DNA of 38,909 nucleotides from a virus (Duplodnaviria; Heunggongvirae; Uroviricota; Caudoviricetes): IMG/VR virus record IMGVR_UViG_2630968766_000008, positions 1 to 38,909 of that record; one strand, 5' to 3'. Shown piece by piece: positions 36,901 to 38,909 of this stretch (position 1 is its first letter; each line of letters starts with the position of its first letter). The notes under the pieces were generated by a model. It saw only the letters and a program-made list of their open reading frames with translations, ran no database searches and was not told where the DNA came from. The position numbers and the translations under genes were made by a program.

Positions 36901-37459
36901 GGCATTCTCCCTGACACCTGACGGAAAGCTGACTGCTAAAAATGCGGATATCAGTGGCAGTGTGAATGCGAACGCCGGGACGCTCAACAACGTCACGATT
37001 AATGAGAGCTGTACTATTAAGGGGATGCTTGATGCTAACCAGGTGCGTGGTGATTTTGTAAAAACGACAGGGCATCGATTTCCGCACCCCGGAGAATACC
37101 CACAGGGTTCACTTACCGTTCATATTAAGGACGATCATGCCTTTGACAGGCAGATTATAATTCAACCAATCATGTACGGTGCGCCACCATATTTTAGTAG
37201 AAATGATGGCGCTAATATCTACGATACCTGCAGATTAATTGTGCGCAAAAATGGCAATGTAATCTATGACAAATCCACTAGTGGTTCGAAAAGGACAACA
37301 GTCGTGTACAGCAATATCATTGATATGCCAGTGGGGGACGGAGATGTAATATTAACATTTGAAGTTCAGTCGAGCGGCAGTGGAGAGCCCAGAACATGGA
37401 TCAGTGATTTAATGGTCTCGGTAACGAAAAAAGCCGCATCCGGTATCAGTATCAGTTGA
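33983..37459 (+). CDS. J: Host specificity / central tail fibre protein J
   Basis: 1158-aa, N-terminus [42 protein letters not shown] as in lambda J; C-terminal ~120 aa are AT-rich and diverge. Confidence 0.9.
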
Positions 37460-37479
37460 AATTTTTATAACCCCAATAC

Positions 37480-37506
37480 GGGCGCCAGAAATGGCGCCTT
37501 TTTTAT
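37480..37506 (+). terminator. Rho-independent terminator after J
   Basis: GGCGCCAGAAATGGCGCCTTTTTTATT. Confidence 0.6.
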
Positions 37507-37528
37507 TGCAGAAAAGCGAGAGGTAATT

Positions 37529-38128
37529 ATGCGTAAAGTTTGTGCAGCCATTTTTTCCGCAGCCATCTGTCTGGCCGTATCCGGTGCGCCTGCATGGGCG
37601 TCTGAACATCAGTCCACACTGAGCGCAGGGTATCTTCATGCCCGTACGAACGCACCCGGCAGCGATAATCTGAACGGGATTAACGTGAAATACCGTTATG
37701 AATTTACGGACACGCTGGGGCTGATTACGTCTTTCAGTTATGCCGACGCAGAAGATGAACAAAAAACGCATTACAGCGATACCCGCTGGCATGAAGATTC
37801 CGTGCGTAACCGCTGGTTCAGCGTGATGGCGGGGCCGTCTGTGCGCGTGAATGAATGGTTCAGCGCGTATGCGATGGCGGGGGTGGCTTACAGCTGTGTT
37901 TCGACCTTCTCCGGGGATTATCTGCAGGTGACCGACAGCAAGGGGAAAACGCACGATGTGCTGACCGGAAGTGATGATGGTCGCCACAGTAACACGTCTC
38001 TGGCGTGGGGGGCTGGCGTGCAGTTTAACCCGACCGAATCCGTGGCCATTGATATTGCTTATGAAGGCTCCGGCAGTGGTGACTGGCGCACTGACGGTTT
38101 CATCGTGGGTGTCGGTTATAAATTCTGA
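37529..38128 (+). CDS. lom: Lom outer-membrane protein (Ail/Lom beta-barrel family)
   Basis: 199-aa; signal peptide then ...GINVKYRYE...SVMAGP...SAYAMAGVA...VAIDIAYEGSGSGDWRTDGFIVGVGYKF, near-identical C-terminus to lambda Lom. Confidence 0.85.
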   Translation: MRKVCAAIFSAAICLAVSGAPAWASEHQSTLSAGYLHARTNAPGSDNLNGINVKYRYEFTDTLGLITSFSYADAEDEQKTHYSDTRWHEDSVRNRWFSVMAGPSVRVNEWFSAYAMAGVAYSCVSTFSGDYLQVTDSKGKTHDVLTGSDDGRHSNTSLAWGAGVQFNPTESVAIDIAYEGSGSGDWRTDGFIVGVGYKF

Positions 38129-38153
38129 TTAGCCAGGTAACACAGTGTTATGA

Positions 38154-38181
38154 CAGCCCGCCGGTTCAGGCGGGCTTTTTT
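38154..38181 (+). terminator. Rho-independent terminator after lom
   Basis: CAGCCCGCCGGTTCAGGCGGGCTTTTTT. Confidence 0.6.
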
Positions 38182-38192
38182 GTGGGGTGAAT

Positions 38193-38909
38193 ATGGCAGT
38201 AAAGATTTCAGGTGTACTGAAAGACGGCACAGGGAAACCGGTACAGAACTGCACCATTCAGCTGAAGGCAAAACGTAACAGTACCACGGTCGTGGTGAAC
38301 ACGCTGGCCTCAGAAAATCCGGATGAAGCCGGGCGTTACAGCATGGACGTTGAGTACGGTCAGTACAGCGTTATTCTGATGGTGGAAGGATTCCCGCCGT
38401 CACATGCCGGGACCATCACCGTGTATGAAGATTCCCAACCCGGTACGCTGAATGATTTTCTCGGTGCGATGACGGAGGATGATGCCCGTCCGGAGGCATT
38501 GCGACGTTTTGAACTGATGGTGGAAGAGGTGGCGCGTAACGCGTCCGTGGTGGCACAGAACACGGCAGCCGCGAAGAAGTCAGCCGGCGATGCCGGCACA
38601 TCTGCCCGTGAGGCGGCAACCCATGCGACTGATGCTGCAGGCTCAGCACGCGCAGCCAGCACGTCAGCAGGACAGGCCGCGTCGTCGGCTCAGTCAGCGT
38701 CTTCCAGCGCAGGAACGGCATCAACAAAGGCCACTGAAGCGGAAAAAAGTGCTGCCGCTGCAGAGTCCTCAAAAAGCGCGGCGGCCACCAGTGCCGGTGC
38801 GGCGAAAAAGTCAGAAACGAATGCGGCAGCGTCACAACAATCAGCAGCCACTTCTGCATCCACCGCGACCACGAAAGCGTCAGAAGCTGCCACCTCAGCC
38901 CGGGATGCG
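38193..38909 (+). CDS. stf: Side tail fibre protein Stf, N-terminal part (runs off the window)
   Basis: Own translation from ATG 38193: MAVKISGVLKDGTGKPVQNCTIQLKAKRNSTTVVVNT... followed by Ala/Ser-rich repeats, matching lambda Stf N-terminus; no stop before window end. Confidence 0.8.
   Translation, partial: MAVKISGVLKDGTGKPVQNCTIQLKAKRNSTTVVVNTLASENPDEAGRYSMDVEYGQYSVILMVEGFPPSHAGTITVYEDSQPGTLNDFLGAMTEDDARPEALRRFELMVEEVARNASVVAQNTAAAKKSAGDAGTSAREAATHATDAAGSARAASTSAGQAASSAQSASSSAGTASTKATEAEKSAAAAESSKSAAATSAGAAKKSETNAAASQQSAATSASTATTKASEAATSARDA

Noticed and set aside
35669-37087. 472-aa minus-strand ORF
   Set aside because: Antisense within the J gene; Arg/Cys-rich translation typical of a GC-rich antisense frame.
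38360-38893. Three minus-strand ORFs (67-147 aa)
   Set aside because: Antisense to the Ala/Ser-rich repeat region of stf; compositional artefacts.
1-38909. CRISPR arrays, IS elements or transposase genes
   Set aside because: No regularly spaced direct repeats and no transposase-like ORFs were seen; the repeats present are short operator-like motifs.

Overview
This 38.9 kb window lies entirely inside a mosaic lambdoid prophage of an Escherichia-like enterobacterium and appears to be largely intact. All calls rest on reading the ORF translations and the sequence by eye and on recalled protein families; no database search was run. The window starts exactly at the stop codon of a minus-strand tyrosine integrase, so attL must lie just left of position 1. 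Left to right: int-xis and a large exonuclease-domain gene; a Qin-like dic early-left operon (ydfD, dicB, the DicF sRNA, ydfC) driven by a leftward promoter overlapping operator repeats; the DicA-like repressor and divergent DicC-like Cro analogue; YdaT-like, O-like and P-like replication genes; a nin-like region of winged-helix and zinc-ribbon proteins, two small acidic proteins and a hok/mok type I toxin locus; DUF968 protein, RusA and a phage-82/21-type Q antiterminator followed by a late promoter and short terminator; a cargo cluster (ORF6N-like protein, small wHTH protein, DPPY DNA methyltransferase, and a divergent AT-rich 170-aa unknown gene); a phage-21-type lysis cassette (pinholin, SAR endolysin, Rz/Rz1); HNH-terS-terL packaging genes; an HK97-like head module; and a lambda-like tail (V, G/GT with -1 frameshift, H, M, L, K, I, J), then lom and the 5' part of stf running off the window. 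The best candidates for something undescribed are the convergent methyltransferase / unknown 170-aa gene cluster between Q and the lysis genes, a self-contained membrane zinc-ribbon moron inserted between GT and the tape measure gene, and a pair of small acidic early proteins. No tRNA, rRNA, CRISPR array or IS element was recognised.
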